This document shows, one piece after another, positions 1-8,725 of a stretch of DNA of 64,000 nt. This DNA comes from a virus (taxonomy: Duplodnaviria; Caudoviricetes): positions 1 to 64,000 of IMG/VR virus record IMGVR_UViG_3300044852_000063, one strand, 5' to 3'. Each line of letters begins with the position of its first letter. The first letter of the stretch is position 1. Both the position numbers and the translations under genes were made by a program. The notes under the pieces were generated by a model. It ran no database searches, was not told the origin of the DNA, and worked only from the letters and a program-made list of their open reading frames with translations.

Positions 1-826
1 CCGCCCAGGCGTCGGACTCGACCGCCTTGTACAGCGGGTCCTTGGCGTTAAACGGCGTGCCGGACCAGATGATCATGTTCTTCTTCGGGTGCAAGGCGTA
101 GTTCACCGCCTTGTACACGGTGTCCTCCACCGCACTGATCACCGTGGCCGAGCGCGCATCTTCGTCGCTGATCAAGTCGTCGAGCACCGCCAGCTGTGGC
201 CGCGTGCCCAGTTCCTTGGCACCCCGCACCCCGGTCTTGGCGCCGTAGCCCTTGACGATGAACACATGCCCGTCGCTGTTCTTGAACTCCCAGCGGATGT
301 CGGTGAAGCGCGCCTCAGGCAGGTACTGCTTCAAGAAGTCGGAGTTATCGCGGCGATACTCCAGGTTCTTGCGCATGTTCTTCACGCCGTTCTCGATACT
401 GTCCGAGACGTACAGCGCCAGGGTCACCTTGCCGAAACCAGGCAGCTCACCGTAGACCGCGATGTACAGGAACAGGTACTCGCCCATCACCGTGGTCTTG
501 GCGATGCCCCGGTGGCACAGGTTGATGATCCGCTTGCCGCCGTCCGTAATGGTGTCGAGCATCTTGTAGTGCACGACCGGGGTCAGGTTCTCTTCCCCGT
601 CGCTGCCGTTCACCAGTTTGATGAAGTTGACGAAGTCCAGGGCGAAGTCGGAGGGGATGTAGCTCGGGTCCACCTCGTAGCTGGTGGCGTTGAGGAAGTC
701 CTCGACCTTCCACGGGGCCAGCGCCTCACCCACCGGATCGGGTGCCGTACCCATCGGCATGAGGGCGGCGGCTACCCCAAGAGCAGCCCCCGCGACGGCC
801 GAAGCCAGTTTGTTAATCGGTGGCAT
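1..826 (-). CDS. terL: terminase large subunit, N4 gp68-like (5' part; runs off window start)
   Basis: Manual translation from ATG at 826: MPPINK...KVEDFLNATSY...PSDFALDFVNFIKLVNG...NLCHRGIAKTTVMGEYLFLY, the typical N4-like TerL N-terminus with Walker A-like RGIAKTT. TGATG overlap with the upstream gene. Confidence 0.93.
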   Translation of the reverse strand, partial: MPPINKLASAVAGAALGVAAALMPMGTAPDPVGEALAPWKVEDFLNATSYEVDPSYIPSDFALDFVNFIKLVNGSDGEENLTPVVHYKMLDTITDGGKRIINLCHRGIAKTTVMGEYLFLYIAVYGELPGFGKVTLALYVSDSIENGVKNMRKNLEYRRDNSDFLKQYLPEARFTDIRWEFKNSDGHVFIVKGYGAKTGVRGAKELGTRPQLAVLDDLISDEDARSATVISAVEDTVYKAVNYALHPKKNMIIWSGTPFNAKDPLYKAVESDAWA

Positions 827-1287
827 CAGCGTTTCTCCCCCAGGCCCCAGAACTTTTTGTACCCGCCTTCCGCGTAACTGCTGGCGTCCTCCGGCCGGTC
901 AAAGGCCCGGAACTCCTTGTTGCGCACCGCGTGCTGAAAGGCTTCCTGGTCATTCAACTGCTTGAGCTGATTCCCCTCCTGGACAATGGTCGGGTACGCC
1001 AGGTACTTGCCATCGGCCTCACCCCAGGCCATGCGATGGGTGCTGTAGCTGCCGTCGCCGTTGTCGATGCGTGGATAGCTGTTGGGTTTCAACACCCGCT
1101 GCTCGAAGTTCAGCGCGGTGTTCGGGTCAATGGTCGGGCTGACGATCTTGGCACCGAAGCTGCGCAGTGCGTTGTCCTGTTCACTGCCCCACTGGGCCAT
1201 GGCCGAGATGTTCTCGGTGCGGATCGGATGCCGCAATGCCTGGGCAAACTGCGCCCATTGCTGGTCGTTCTCGGGTAATCCACTCAT
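826..1287 (-). CDS. hypothetical protein between gp69-like and terL
   Basis: 153-aa ORF translationally coupled to both neighbours. Confidence 0.8.
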   Translation of the reverse strand: MSGLPENDQQWAQFAQALRHPIRTENISAMAQWGSEQDNALRSFGAKIVSPTIDPNTALNFEQRVLKPNSYPRIDNGDGSYSTHRMAWGEADGKYLAYPTIVQEGNQLKQLNDQEAFQHAVRNKEFRAFDRPEDASSYAEGGYKKFWGLGEKR

Positions 1288-1976
1288 TGCACACGCTCCG
1301 CGGTCCCTTCAATGATCTTGCTGTGGGCCACGCCTTGGGCATCGACCATCCCCGCCTGCATGGCCAAGCGCTGCTGACCGGCCAGCTCCAAGGTGGCCTG
1401 GCGCAGCGCGGCAATCGAACCATCCTCCTTCACCCCGATGTCCAATTGGACCTTGGTCACCTCCGGCACCTTCAAGTGCGTCAACAGGGCATTCGCCGAG
1501 TCACTGCGCACCTTCTCGCTGGTCGCTGAAACCATGAGCTCAGCCAACACGTTCACCGCCTTCTGATGAATGTCGGCGTTCAGCACGTAGGTGGGGATCA
1601 ACGTCTGCTCGAAGATCAGGTTGACCAGCTTGCCCTTGTTGTACGCGGTCACGTAGCTGGCAATGTCCTTGCTCGACACGCCGTTGTTGGCCCAGCCCGT
1701 CACCTTGCCCGGGAAGGTCTTGCTGTAGGCCTCGATGTTCGAGCAGCCCATCAGCTTGTGGCTCACGTACTTCACCGCATCGATGTACTGACTGACCTTG
1801 AACCGGCCATCCTGCATCACCTTGGCGTAGCTGATCATGTTGTCCCGGTACTGCTCATACATGTCCGGGTCACTCAAGGTCTGATTGATCTGGTCAACCA
1901 GCTCCTGGTTGATGCTCTTCTTCACCTTGTCCGGTAAAGCAGCCTTGAACTCTTCAATAGTCAGGTCATGGGACAC
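1284..1976 (-). CDS. N4 gp69-like protein (putative terminase small subunit)
   Basis: LTIEEFKAALPDKVKKSINQELVDQIN...YVSHKLMG...SYVTAYNKGKLVNLI resembles the conserved N4-like gene upstream of terL. GTG start at 1976 after GAGGA. Confidence 0.85.
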   Translation of the reverse strand: MSHDLTIEEFKAALPDKVKKSINQELVDQINQTLSDPDMYEQYRDNMISYAKVMQDGRFKVSQYIDAVKYVSHKLMGCSNIEAYSKTFPGKVTGWANNGVSSKDIASYVTAYNKGKLVNLIFEQTLIPTYVLNADIHQKAVNVLAELMVSATSEKVRSDSANALLTHLKVPEVTKVQLDIGVKEDGSIAALRQATLELAGQQRLAMQAGMVDAQGVAHSKIIEGTAERVQ

Positions 1977-2168
1977 AGTGTCGTCCTCAGTTAGGGTATA
2001 GGCCTCGTATAGTACAGGCCAACCTGACTGAGCAGCAAAGAAGGTGTGGTGAGTAGGGAAAAGGGTAGGGCAAAAACTTTTTAGAATTTTTTTAAAATGG
2101 GTACGAACGCAGGACTTTAGGTCTGGCCGACTCATCACCGACCTACCCCCCCCATGTGTTCTACAGGA

Positions 2169-2187
2169 CGCTTCGCTCGAGTGCTGG
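2169..2187 (+). promoter_or_regulatory. putative vRNAP early promoter 1 (CGCTTCGCT-N8-GG)
   Basis: Template strand reads GCGAAGC, the N4 vRNAP promoter hairpin core. Intergenic; one of five copies with identical spacing to GG. Confidence 0.7.
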
Positions 2188-2210
2188 ATCTATCCACTCA
2201 CTCGGAGTAC

Positions 2211-2429
2211 ATGCTCATGTTCTTGCTCACATCCTTGATCAACATCGCTGTCTGCATTGCTGTGTCCATCTACTCCATCATGGGCTACAAGTACGTGGTT
2301 GAGGGCCATGGTCTACACCCACTGCTGTGCATTGCTGCCTGTCTAGCTGCCTGCATTGTAGGTCACTACGTCACTACTCTCCTGAGTGTGCGTGCTACCT
2401 ACGCCTACCGTGCTAAGCACTACCCATAA
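2211..2429 (+). CDS. small early membrane protein
   Basis: GGAG RBS; two hydrophobic segments. Confidence 0.65.
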   Translation: MLMFLLTSLINIAVCIAVSIYSIMGYKYVVEGHGLHPLLCIAACLAACIVGHYVTTLLSVRATYAYRAKHYP

Positions 2430-2449
2430 GGGTGGTGCTACACCTTCTA

Positions 2450-2468
2450 CGCTTCGCTTGAGCACTGG
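2450..2468 (+). promoter_or_regulatory. putative vRNAP early promoter 2
   Basis: CGCTTCGCT-TGAGCACT-GG, intergenic. Confidence 0.7.
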
Positions 2469-2504
2469 CAATCTTGCCTCTATCCCTAGCTAGGATCTAA
2501 CACC

Positions 2505-2798
2505 ATGTTCACTACCCTGTTCACCTCGATGTCTCAGTTCTTCACCATGTTCACTACGCTGTTCAGCGCCGGTGACAAAGCCTGTAAAGCCCTCGAGCAT
2601 CTGGCTACTTGGTCCGAAGAGACCGCTAATCAGTTCAACGAGACCGCTCGTATCGAACGCAGCAACGAACTGCACAAGCTCCGTCACCAAGCCGCTCTCG
2701 AGCAGCATGCACGCGAAGCAGAAGCCGCTACATCCATGCCTACTTCGGCACCAGCCAAGCCCAACGGCAAAGCAGCACCTGCACCCGCAGTTCAGTAA
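2505..2798 (+). CDS. early hypothetical protein
   Basis: AGGA RBS; 97 aa with amphipathic N-terminus (MFTTLF twice), coiled coil and Ala/Pro tail. Confidence 0.8.
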   Translation: MFTTLFTSMSQFFTMFTTLFSAGDKACKALEHLATWSEETANQFNETARIERSNELHKLRHQAALEQHAREAEAATSMPTSAPAKPNGKAAPAPAVQ

Positions 2799-2835
2799 CA
2801 CTCAGCCTCTCCTTAGGGAGGGGCTACCCCTTTAA

Positions 2836-2870
2836 AGCACACACTCAAGAGCACACAACCACAGCACACA
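2836..2870 (+). repeat. three AGCACACA direct repeats
   Basis: Copies start at 2836, 2850 and 2863. Confidence 0.7.
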
Positions 2871-2975
2871 GGGAGATAGACAGAGTTAAGAGAGACTGAG
2901 GGTCCGCGTAGCGGCACCACTCACGTCCTCTGGACCTGTTCTATCACCCTGAGCCTGTGTTCTATGACCCTGAAG

Positions 2976-2994
2976 CGCTTCGCTATAGGACTGG
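2976..2994 (+). promoter_or_regulatory. putative vRNAP early promoter 3
   Basis: CGCTTCGCT-ATAGGACT-GG, intergenic. Confidence 0.7.
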
Positions 2995-3112
2995 AGTGGA
3001 GCTGAGTGGGCTAACGCCGGAAGTACTTGTGCTTTTGGGTGTCTATCCTGCTCATCTCCCGAACCGATACACAGCCGATACCCTCATTCATCCAATCACT
3101 GGAGACCGTCCC

Positions 3113-3289
3113 ATGGACATCCTCGACAAGCTCTTTGAGCCGCAATACTTCTACGTTGTGCGTGATGCCATGGGTAAGCATGTCGACATGGGTTATGTGG
3201 CTGTATCGCGAGTACAGGAGCGTGCAGGCAAGGCTCAACGAGCTGGTTGCTCGATCATGCTCATGATCCCGAACAACACCTGTCATTAA
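3113..3289 (+). CDS. early hypothetical protein
   Basis: GGAG RBS before ATG 3113 (MDILDKLFEP). Confidence 0.65.
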   Translation: MDILDKLFEPQYFYVVRDAMGKHVDMGYVAVSRVQERAGKAQRAGCSIMLMIPNNTCH

Positions 3290-3310
3290 TTCCAATGAGG
3301 TCCGATGTAA

Positions 3311-3505
3311 ATGATTAGCATTCATACACAACTGATGCGTCTGCCCATTGCCCTTCAGGGCATGCACCTGACGTACCGGCACTGGATACAGTGGCGTAAC
3401 TCGCCTTGGGCGGGACAGCGACAACTCGCACTCAAGGCCAAGACCTTTGGCCTGATCACCTACGACCGCATCATGACCATGGGCATGACAGGAGAACGCG
3501 CATGA
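3311..3505 (+). CDS. early hypothetical protein
   Basis: GAGG RBS; ATGA overlap with the next gene. Confidence 0.65.
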   Translation: MISIHTQLMRLPIALQGMHLTYRHWIQWRNSPWAGQRQLALKAKTFGLITYDRIMTMGMTGERA

Positions 3506-3963
3506 CTCAATACATTAAGTGCACTGCGATCCCAGCCTCATTGCTGGAGCAGGAAGAGATCATCAAGCGCGCCATTCGTGTGCTGCGCAGTGAGTGCGGT
3601 GAGTCCCAGGCCATCGTCAACAACGTGGACACCATGTTCGCTGAGTTGCACGAGGCACTGGATGGTCTGGTGACCTTGCCTGAAGACTTGATGGGCCTGC
3701 CGCAGGACATGGATCGCATCGTGAGTATTCAGGTGCAAACCACCAGACTCACTGGCGCTGGGGTGGAGATGGTCCCGTTCAAGGACCAGCACATCAAACC
3801 CACGCACTGGTCGATCTACAAACGCGATGCCGCAGGCATGGCCCATTGGATCGAGGACATCGAACTGAAAGGTGCACAGGCTGACGTGGTCTGGGGACAG
3901 GTCATGGTCAAGGCGACCAAGTATTCGCAGGTGTACAGCGCCTTCATCGAACAGGTGAAGTGA
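3502..3963 (+). CDS. early hypothetical protein
   Basis: AGGAG RBS; ATG 3502 (MTQYIKC). Confidence 0.75.
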   Translation: MTQYIKCTAIPASLLEQEEIIKRAIRVLRSECGESQAIVNNVDTMFAELHEALDGLVTLPEDLMGLPQDMDRIVSIQVQTTRLTGAGVEMVPFKDQHIKPTHWSIYKRDAAGMAHWIEDIELKGAQADVVWGQVMVKATKYSQVYSAFIEQVK

Positions 3964-3983
3964 CGCTGGTCGGATCAAAAGCA

Positions 3984-4002
3984 CGCTTCGCTTGAGAAGC
4001 GG
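3984..4002 (+). promoter_or_regulatory. putative vRNAP early promoter 4
   Basis: CGCTTCGCT-TGAGAAGC-GG upstream of the gp2-like gene. Confidence 0.7.
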
Positions 4003-4061
4003 AAAAGCTCGGGCAATCATGCCCATTCATTGAGCCCCTTCAGTGGGGTAGGAGATTCATC

Positions 4062-4343
4062 ATGGCATTTGAAAAAGACACCAACACCCGTGGCAACAAC
4101 TCCGGTCGTGGCGACAACGACAACTGGAAGTCTGATGCCTTCATCAACCTGTACATCCCCACCAACGGTGGCAAGCGTCGCAAGGTCGGTTCCATTCCGC
4201 TGAAGAACAGCAAGCCGTTCGAGGCCGACCTGATCAGCAAGCTCAGTACTGATCCGGACGCGATCAATCGCCTGCTGGCGATGTGTGAGCTGGAGTTCAA
4301 TCTGGCTGAGCCGGACAACGAGAGCGGTTTCGCCGCGATCTAA
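4062..4343 (+). CDS. N4 gp2/Drc-like ssDNA-binding RNAP II cofactor
   Basis: WKSDAFINLYIPTNGGKRRKVGSIPL resembles gp2/Drc; early position ahead of the RNAP genes; AGGAG RBS. Confidence 0.7.
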   Translation: MAFEKDTNTRGNNSGRGDNDNWKSDAFINLYIPTNGGKRRKVGSIPLKNSKPFEADLISKLSTDPDAINRLLAMCELEFNLAEPDNESGFAAI

Positions 4344-4350
4344 CAACACT

Positions 4351-4390
4351 GGCTGGTGCTGCCCTTCGGGCAGTGCTGGCCGTTGTTTTG
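4351..4390 (+). terminator. putative intrinsic terminator
   Basis: GGTGCTGCCC-TTC-GGGCAGTGCT followed by GTTGTTTT. Confidence 0.6.
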
Positions 4391-4408
4391 TCCTCAGGAG
4401 AGTCAGCC

Positions 4409-4882
4409 ATGCCTCTAGGTAAACCCTTCCAATCCCTGTTCCCGCACGGCAGCGTGATCACCACCGATTTCTCCAAACTGGAGAACCGGGTGATGGCCAA
4501 CGCCTTGAAACACCGGGGCATGGGTAAATCCTTCAAGGATGCCGTGTACTTCGGTAATTCAATACACAGCCAGCTCTGGGACGATTGGTACAGCAAAGGA
4601 ATCGATGTCATGCCTCGCCGCCTCTACAGCTTCCACCCAGCACGTAACAATCAGGTCACCACCACCAATGTGAAAACACTGGCGGATCTGCAAGAAGCAC
4701 TGGACCTCAATCCAGACTTCATCCACATCAGTTGTGTGCAAGACGGTAAACACTGGCTGATCCACAAGGGACCGGTGTCGGCCAAGAGCAGCACTGAACA
4801 TGGGCGCTGGAAGCCGATCAGTGTGCCCAGGCTACCCAAGCCGATTCGCATGCTGCTGGTCATTGACCCGCTAATGGGGTGA
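4409..4882 (+). CDS. early hypothetical protein; C-terminal-tag family member 1 (possible internal start at 4610)
   Basis: AGGAG RBS at 4409; a second AAGGA RBS before in-frame ATG 4610; ends WKPISVPRLPKPIRMLLVI. Confidence 0.7.
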   Translation: MPLGKPFQSLFPHGSVITTDFSKLENRVMANALKHRGMGKSFKDAVYFGNSIHSQLWDDWYSKGIDVMPRRLYSFHPARNNQVTTTNVKTLADLQEALDLNPDFIHISCVQDGKHWLIHKGPVSAKSSTEHGRWKPISVPRLPKPIRMLLVIDPLMG

Positions 4883-4885
4883 GCC

Positions 4886-5191
4886 ATGGCCTACACCCTG
4901 TTCCATTGGCATCCGCAACGCGGTGTGCACCATTTCACATGGGACAGTGTTGACCAAGTCAGCACGCACATCGCTTCAATCATTCAGCGTGAGGCCGGTT
5001 GGGCACTGCCACCGCTGACGTTCTACGTCTTCGACGATAGCTTCGACACATGGTGGTACTACTGCCAACAGCCCAAGCCAGACCCGAAGACAGCCACCGC
5101 CATGCAGATGCGTATGGCTGATCCGTGGCAACGCCGCGCTCTTGAGGGTGTGCCCAAAGAGATCCGTGCTTACAAATTACTGCTGGGATAA
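4886..5191 (+). CDS. early hypothetical protein; C-terminal-tag family member 2
   Basis: Ends WQRRALEGVPKEIRAYKLLLG. Confidence 0.75.
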   Translation: MAYTLFHWHPQRGVHHFTWDSVDQVSTHIASIIQREAGWALPPLTFYVFDDSFDTWWYYCQQPKPDPKTATAMQMRMADPWQRRALEGVPKEIRAYKLLLG

Positions 5192-5198
5192 CAGCCCA

Positions 5199-5217
5199 CG
5201 CTCCGCTTGGGGGATGG
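5199..5217 (+). promoter_or_regulatory. putative vRNAP early promoter 5
   Basis: CGCTCCGCT-TGGGGGAT-GG (template GCGGAGC, the other N4 loop variant) upstream of RNAP1. Confidence 0.7.
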
Positions 5218-5254
5218 CGCTGTTCCCTTTCAACCTGCTCTCAAGGAGAGAGTC

Positions 5255-6172
5255 ATGACTGTATTGCGCATGCTTCCGTATGACATGCAATTGGCCAATG
5301 AACGACGCTTCAACCGTAAGCACATCGACAAGTACATCCGTCAAACCATCGAGGAAAACCCGAGGACCATGGCCCGTGTGCAAGACGGGATCAAGCGTGT
5401 GCACGACTGGATGTCGCAGCCGTTCTACGCCAGCAAGCAGGCGCGCATTGACCAGCTCAAAGGCTTGGACATTGAGGCACTGGTCATGGACCTGTTCGTG
5501 GGCATTGCCTACGTGCAGCGCGAAGAGCTGTTCACTTCGGTGAGTGCGCAACTCGCCGGACGCTTGGGCTTCAGTGACAAGGCCGAGTCGATCCAGACCG
5601 TGGCCGAGTTGCTCGCCGTGCTGTGCTACACCGATGCCTTTGACATCTGCAAAGCCAGTCGATCAGCCAGTCTGGTGATCGTCAGCCGCATCGAGCTCAG
5701 CGAACGGCTGGAAGGCTTCATTGCCGACAGCCAGTACCTGCCACCCATGGTCTGCCCACCGGAAACCCTGACCAACAACCACTCCAGCGGTTACCTCACG
5801 CACAACGACAGCTTGATCTTGGGCAAGGGCAACCACCATGACGGTGATCTGTGCCTGGACGTGCTCAACACCCAGAACAGTGTCGCGCTCCAGCTCAGTG
5901 TCGAGTTCCTCTGCACCGTGGAGGAACAACCGACCTTTGAGCTGGACTCGGCCGAGAAGGTGGACCAATGGGGTGAGTACAAACGCCAGAGCTACCAGCT
6001 CTATCACCTGCTGGTGACCCAAGGGAACAAGTTCTGGCTGACCCATAAGCCGGACAAACGCGGGCGCATCTACGCACAGGGGTATCACATCACCACCCAA
6101 GGCAGCAGCTTCAAGAAAGCCAGCATTGAGTTGGCCCACGAAGAAGTGGTCGAGGGAGTACCCGGGCGATGA
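5255..6172 (+). CDS. RNA polymerase II subunit 1 (N4 gp15-like)
   Basis: PPMVCPP...GYLT...LTHKPDKRGRIYAQGYHITTQG is the N-terminal half of a T7-like RNAP; AAGGAG RBS. Confidence 0.93.
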   Translation: MTVLRMLPYDMQLANERRFNRKHIDKYIRQTIEENPRTMARVQDGIKRVHDWMSQPFYASKQARIDQLKGLDIEALVMDLFVGIAYVQREELFTSVSAQLAGRLGFSDKAESIQTVAELLAVLCYTDAFDICKASRSASLVIVSRIELSERLEGFIADSQYLPPMVCPPETLTNNHSSGYLTHNDSLILGKGNHHDGDLCLDVLNTQNSVALQLSVEFLCTVEEQPTFELDSAEKVDQWGEYKRQSYQLYHLLVTQGNKFWLTHKPDKRGRIYAQGYHITTQGSSFKKASIELAHEEVVEGVPGR

Positions 6173-6480
6173 GCGGCTTCAAGTACTACAACCCGTTCGC
6201 CGAGCAGCTGTTCTGGTATGACCCCAAGACCTATGCGCTGAACCATGTGGAATTCAGCACCAGTGCGGACATGTACACCATGATCCAGCACCTGTGTCAG
6301 GAGAAGAACAGCACCATCAACTGCTGGAACCTGAGCAACACCGGCTGGTACACCTCGGCCATGGACGGTGGCAGCTCACCGTACAAAACCAACCTGCACA
6401 AGGTCATCACCGACAACGTGCCCAAGGATATTCAAGCCATGTGCTTGATCTTGGGCATCAACTGGAGAGGCGGACGATGA
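6169..6480 (+). CDS. hypothetical protein; C-terminal-tag family member 3
   Basis: Ends LHKVITDNVPKDIQAMCLILGINW. Confidence 0.75.
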   Translation: MSGFKYYNPFAEQLFWYDPKTYALNHVEFSTSADMYTMIQHLCQEKNSTINCWNLSNTGWYTSAMDGGSSPYKTNLHKVITDNVPKDIQAMCLILGINWRGGR

Positions 6481-6740
6481 GTGACAACGAGGACTACCTG
6501 TTCTGGTACAGCTTCGACCGCTTGCAGTATGCGGTGATGAATGTGGATCAGGGATTCCAAGCTGGTCTGGAGGCCTTGGTGCCCGATGGCATCCCTTGCT
6601 GGAATCTGGACTTGGCACTGCGCAGCTGGTTCATGCGGCCCGAAGGTGCACCGAAGATCGTGGCCATCAAGGACACGGATTTACCCAATGAAATCAAGCT
6701 GTTATGCACTTTACTCAACCTCACTTGGAGAACTGACTGA
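6477..6740 (+). CDS. hypothetical protein; C-terminal-tag family member 4
   Basis: ATG 6477; ends IVAIKDTDLPNEIKLLCTLLNLTW. Confidence 0.75.
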   Translation: MSDNEDYLFWYSFDRLQYAVMNVDQGFQAGLEALVPDGIPCWNLDLALRSWFMRPEGAPKIVAIKDTDLPNEIKLLCTLLNLTWRTD

Positions 6741-7078
6741 TGGCATGGGCCTATTGCAGCAAATGTGAAACTGCTTTACTCGAGCCGACCGTGGAGCAGG
6801 CGCTGAAGAACGATTACAACTGCCCCACCTGTGGCCACAGCAACTTCCCCAACAAGTCGTTGGTGGATGTGGTGATCGAGATGCACGAACGCCTGTGCCT
6901 GTTGGAGCAGCGTGAGCTGAGCAATCTGGTACTGGCCGAGAGTGTCGAGCTGAGCCTGCTGCCCAATGAAGCCAGATGGCTGAAGGGGCTGATGCAGAAC
7001 CCGGTGTACAGCAACGAAGACGCACAGGACGCCGAGTACCGCCAGTCCATCTGGCACAAGCTCGGCGACCTGCGCTGA
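6740..7078 (+). CDS. zinc-ribbon hypothetical protein
   Basis: CSKC...CPTC. Confidence 0.75.
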   Translation: MAWAYCSKCETALLEPTVEQALKNDYNCPTCGHSNFPNKSLVDVVIEMHERLCLLEQRELSNLVLAESVELSLLPNEARWLKGLMQNPVYSNEDAQDAEYRQSIWHKLGDLR

Positions 7079-7081
7079 ATC

Positions 7082-7333
7082 ATGCTGGCCAACCTGTTCA
7101 TCAACGGGGTGTACACCCGTGATGTGGAAGTGGAGTACTCCCAAGACGCATTCCCCTGCACTTGGGGGGACACCGACACCGCTTTCATGTTGCGCAACGG
7201 CGACTGGTGGATGGCATCACCGCGCACAGTGGTGATGAACGACCGTAAAGGTCGCCCAGTCGTGTACTGGGACCGTGTTCACCCTGACTTACTACCACCT
7301 GAACTGCGTGTTTACGCACTAATCATCAATTGA
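7082..7333 (+). CDS. hypothetical protein; C-terminal-tag family member 5
   Basis: Ends WDRVHPDLLPPELRVYALIIN. Confidence 0.7.
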   Translation: MLANLFINGVYTRDVEVEYSQDAFPCTWGDTDTAFMLRNGDWWMASPRTVVMNDRKGRPVVYWDRVHPDLLPPELRVYALIIN

Positions 7334-7349
7334 ATCAAGGAGATACACC

Positions 7350-8600
7350 ATGCAGACCTTCACAGGCTGGCAGTACCTGCTCATTGACGCAGCTAACAAC
7401 TTTGGACTCGACAAAGAGCTGTTTGAGCCACGTATTGAGTGGGCTGAGAAGCATCTGCACGTCCTTGAGGACATTGCTGTGGATGCGGAGAACCACCCAC
7501 GCTTCATGAAGTCGGTCATGGCCATTCGCAAGGCCCAGCAGGGCATTGCCACCGGTCATCTGGTCGGCTTCGACGCCTGCTGCTCGGGCATCCAGATCAT
7601 GTCGGCCATCACCGGCTGCGAGGCGGGGGCACGGGCTACTGGCATGATCGACCCCAACCGTCGTGCCGACGCCTACAGCGACTGCACCGCCGAGATGAAC
7701 ACCATCTTGGGCGGTGGCCTCACCGTGCCACGCAAAGACGCCAAGGACGCGCTCATGACCGCCATGTATGGCAGTCGCAAGCAGCCCAAGAGCATCTTTG
7801 GCATCGACACCCCTGAGCTCGCTGCGTTCTACCAAGCGGTGCAGATCGTCTGCCCGGGGGCATGGGAGCTGTTGCAGGATCTGCTGGCGAGCTGGCAGCC
7901 GTTTGCCTTGAAACACAGCTGGAAGCTGCCGGATGGCTACGATGCAGTGGTCAAGGTGATGAAGAAGATCGAGAACGAGGCGCGCAATCGCATCGAAGTC
8001 GACGAGCTGGACGGCGCCACCTTCACCTACATCTGGTACGAGAACGAGGGCAGTGAGAAAGGCCTGAGCAACGTGGCCAACGTCATCCACTCGATCGACG
8101 CCTACGTGCTGCGCTGCCTGATTCGCCTGTGCAACTACGACCACAAACTGATCACTTATGTGAATTCCGTGGTGGAAGAAGAACTGCTCAGCCGAACCTT
8201 CCAAGGTGCAACACCGGTGGTCGAGCGTGATGAACGGCTGGATTACTACATCAGCCAATACACCCGCAGCCAGATGCCAGACATCACCATCGCCCAGCAC
8301 CTGACCGAGTTCAACGTCGGCCAGTGCGAGACCAAGCACCTGCAACAGCTGCGCGTGATCATGGAGTCCATGCTGGCCTACAAACCCTTCGAGATCGTCT
8401 CGATCCACGATGAGTTCCAGTGCCACGCCAACAACATGAACCACCTGCGTCAGCAGTACATCAACGTGTTCGCCATGCTCGCCGACAGCGAGATTCTGGC
8501 TGACATCCTCGGCCAACTGCACGGCTGCACCGGTCGCTACCCCAAGCGCAGTGCCAATCTGGCGCAGAAGATCCGCGGCTCCAACTACATGCTCAGCTGA
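7350..8600 (+). CDS. RNA polymerase II subunit 2 (N4 gp16-like)
   Basis: Motif A FDACCSGIQ, motif B RKDAKDALMTAMYGS, motif C SIHDEF. Confidence 0.95.
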   Translation: MQTFTGWQYLLIDAANNFGLDKELFEPRIEWAEKHLHVLEDIAVDAENHPRFMKSVMAIRKAQQGIATGHLVGFDACCSGIQIMSAITGCEAGARATGMIDPNRRADAYSDCTAEMNTILGGGLTVPRKDAKDALMTAMYGSRKQPKSIFGIDTPELAAFYQAVQIVCPGAWELLQDLLASWQPFALKHSWKLPDGYDAVVKVMKKIENEARNRIEVDELDGATFTYIWYENEGSEKGLSNVANVIHSIDAYVLRCLIRLCNYDHKLITYVNSVVEEELLSRTFQGATPVVERDERLDYYISQYTRSQMPDITIAQHLTEFNVGQCETKHLQQLRVIMESMLAYKPFEIVSIHDEFQCHANNMNHLRQQYINVFAMLADSEILADILGQLHGCTGRYPKRSANLAQKIRGSNYMLS

Positions 8601-8631
8601 TCACAGGCGCCGTCCCGGCGCTTGGCAGGTC

Positions 8632-8665
8632 GTGGTGCACCCTTCGGGGTGTGCCACATTTTTTT
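8632..8665 (+). terminator. intrinsic terminator
   Basis: GTGGTGCACCC-TTCG-GGGTGTGCCAC then T7. Confidence 0.85.
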
Positions 8666-8725
8666 CAACAGCCAGAGCACAGTAGAAAGAGCCAGGCTGA
8701 CAGACAGTCAAGAGGACAGACAGTC

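Larger units (their letters stand above)
1977..2940. other. divergent late/early junction; probable genome terminus / direct terminal repeat region
   Basis: Strand switch between the packaging genes and the first early genes, with A/T tracts, a C8 run and AGCACACA repeats. N4-like genome ends lie at this position. Exact ends cannot be read from one copy. Confidence 0.6.

Noticed and set aside
1977-2138. N-terminal extension of the gp69-like ORF
   Set aside because: It crosses the AT-rich non-coding junction; the RBS supports GTG 1976.
2501-2567. Duplicated CACCATGTTCACTAC (MFTTLF twice)
   Set aside because: A short intragenic duplication with no further support for a function.
5255-8600. 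Split RNA polymerase as a pseudogene or intron-interrupted gene
   Set aside because: The heterodimeric RNAP II is normal for N4-like phages, and both halves are intact with their own RBS.
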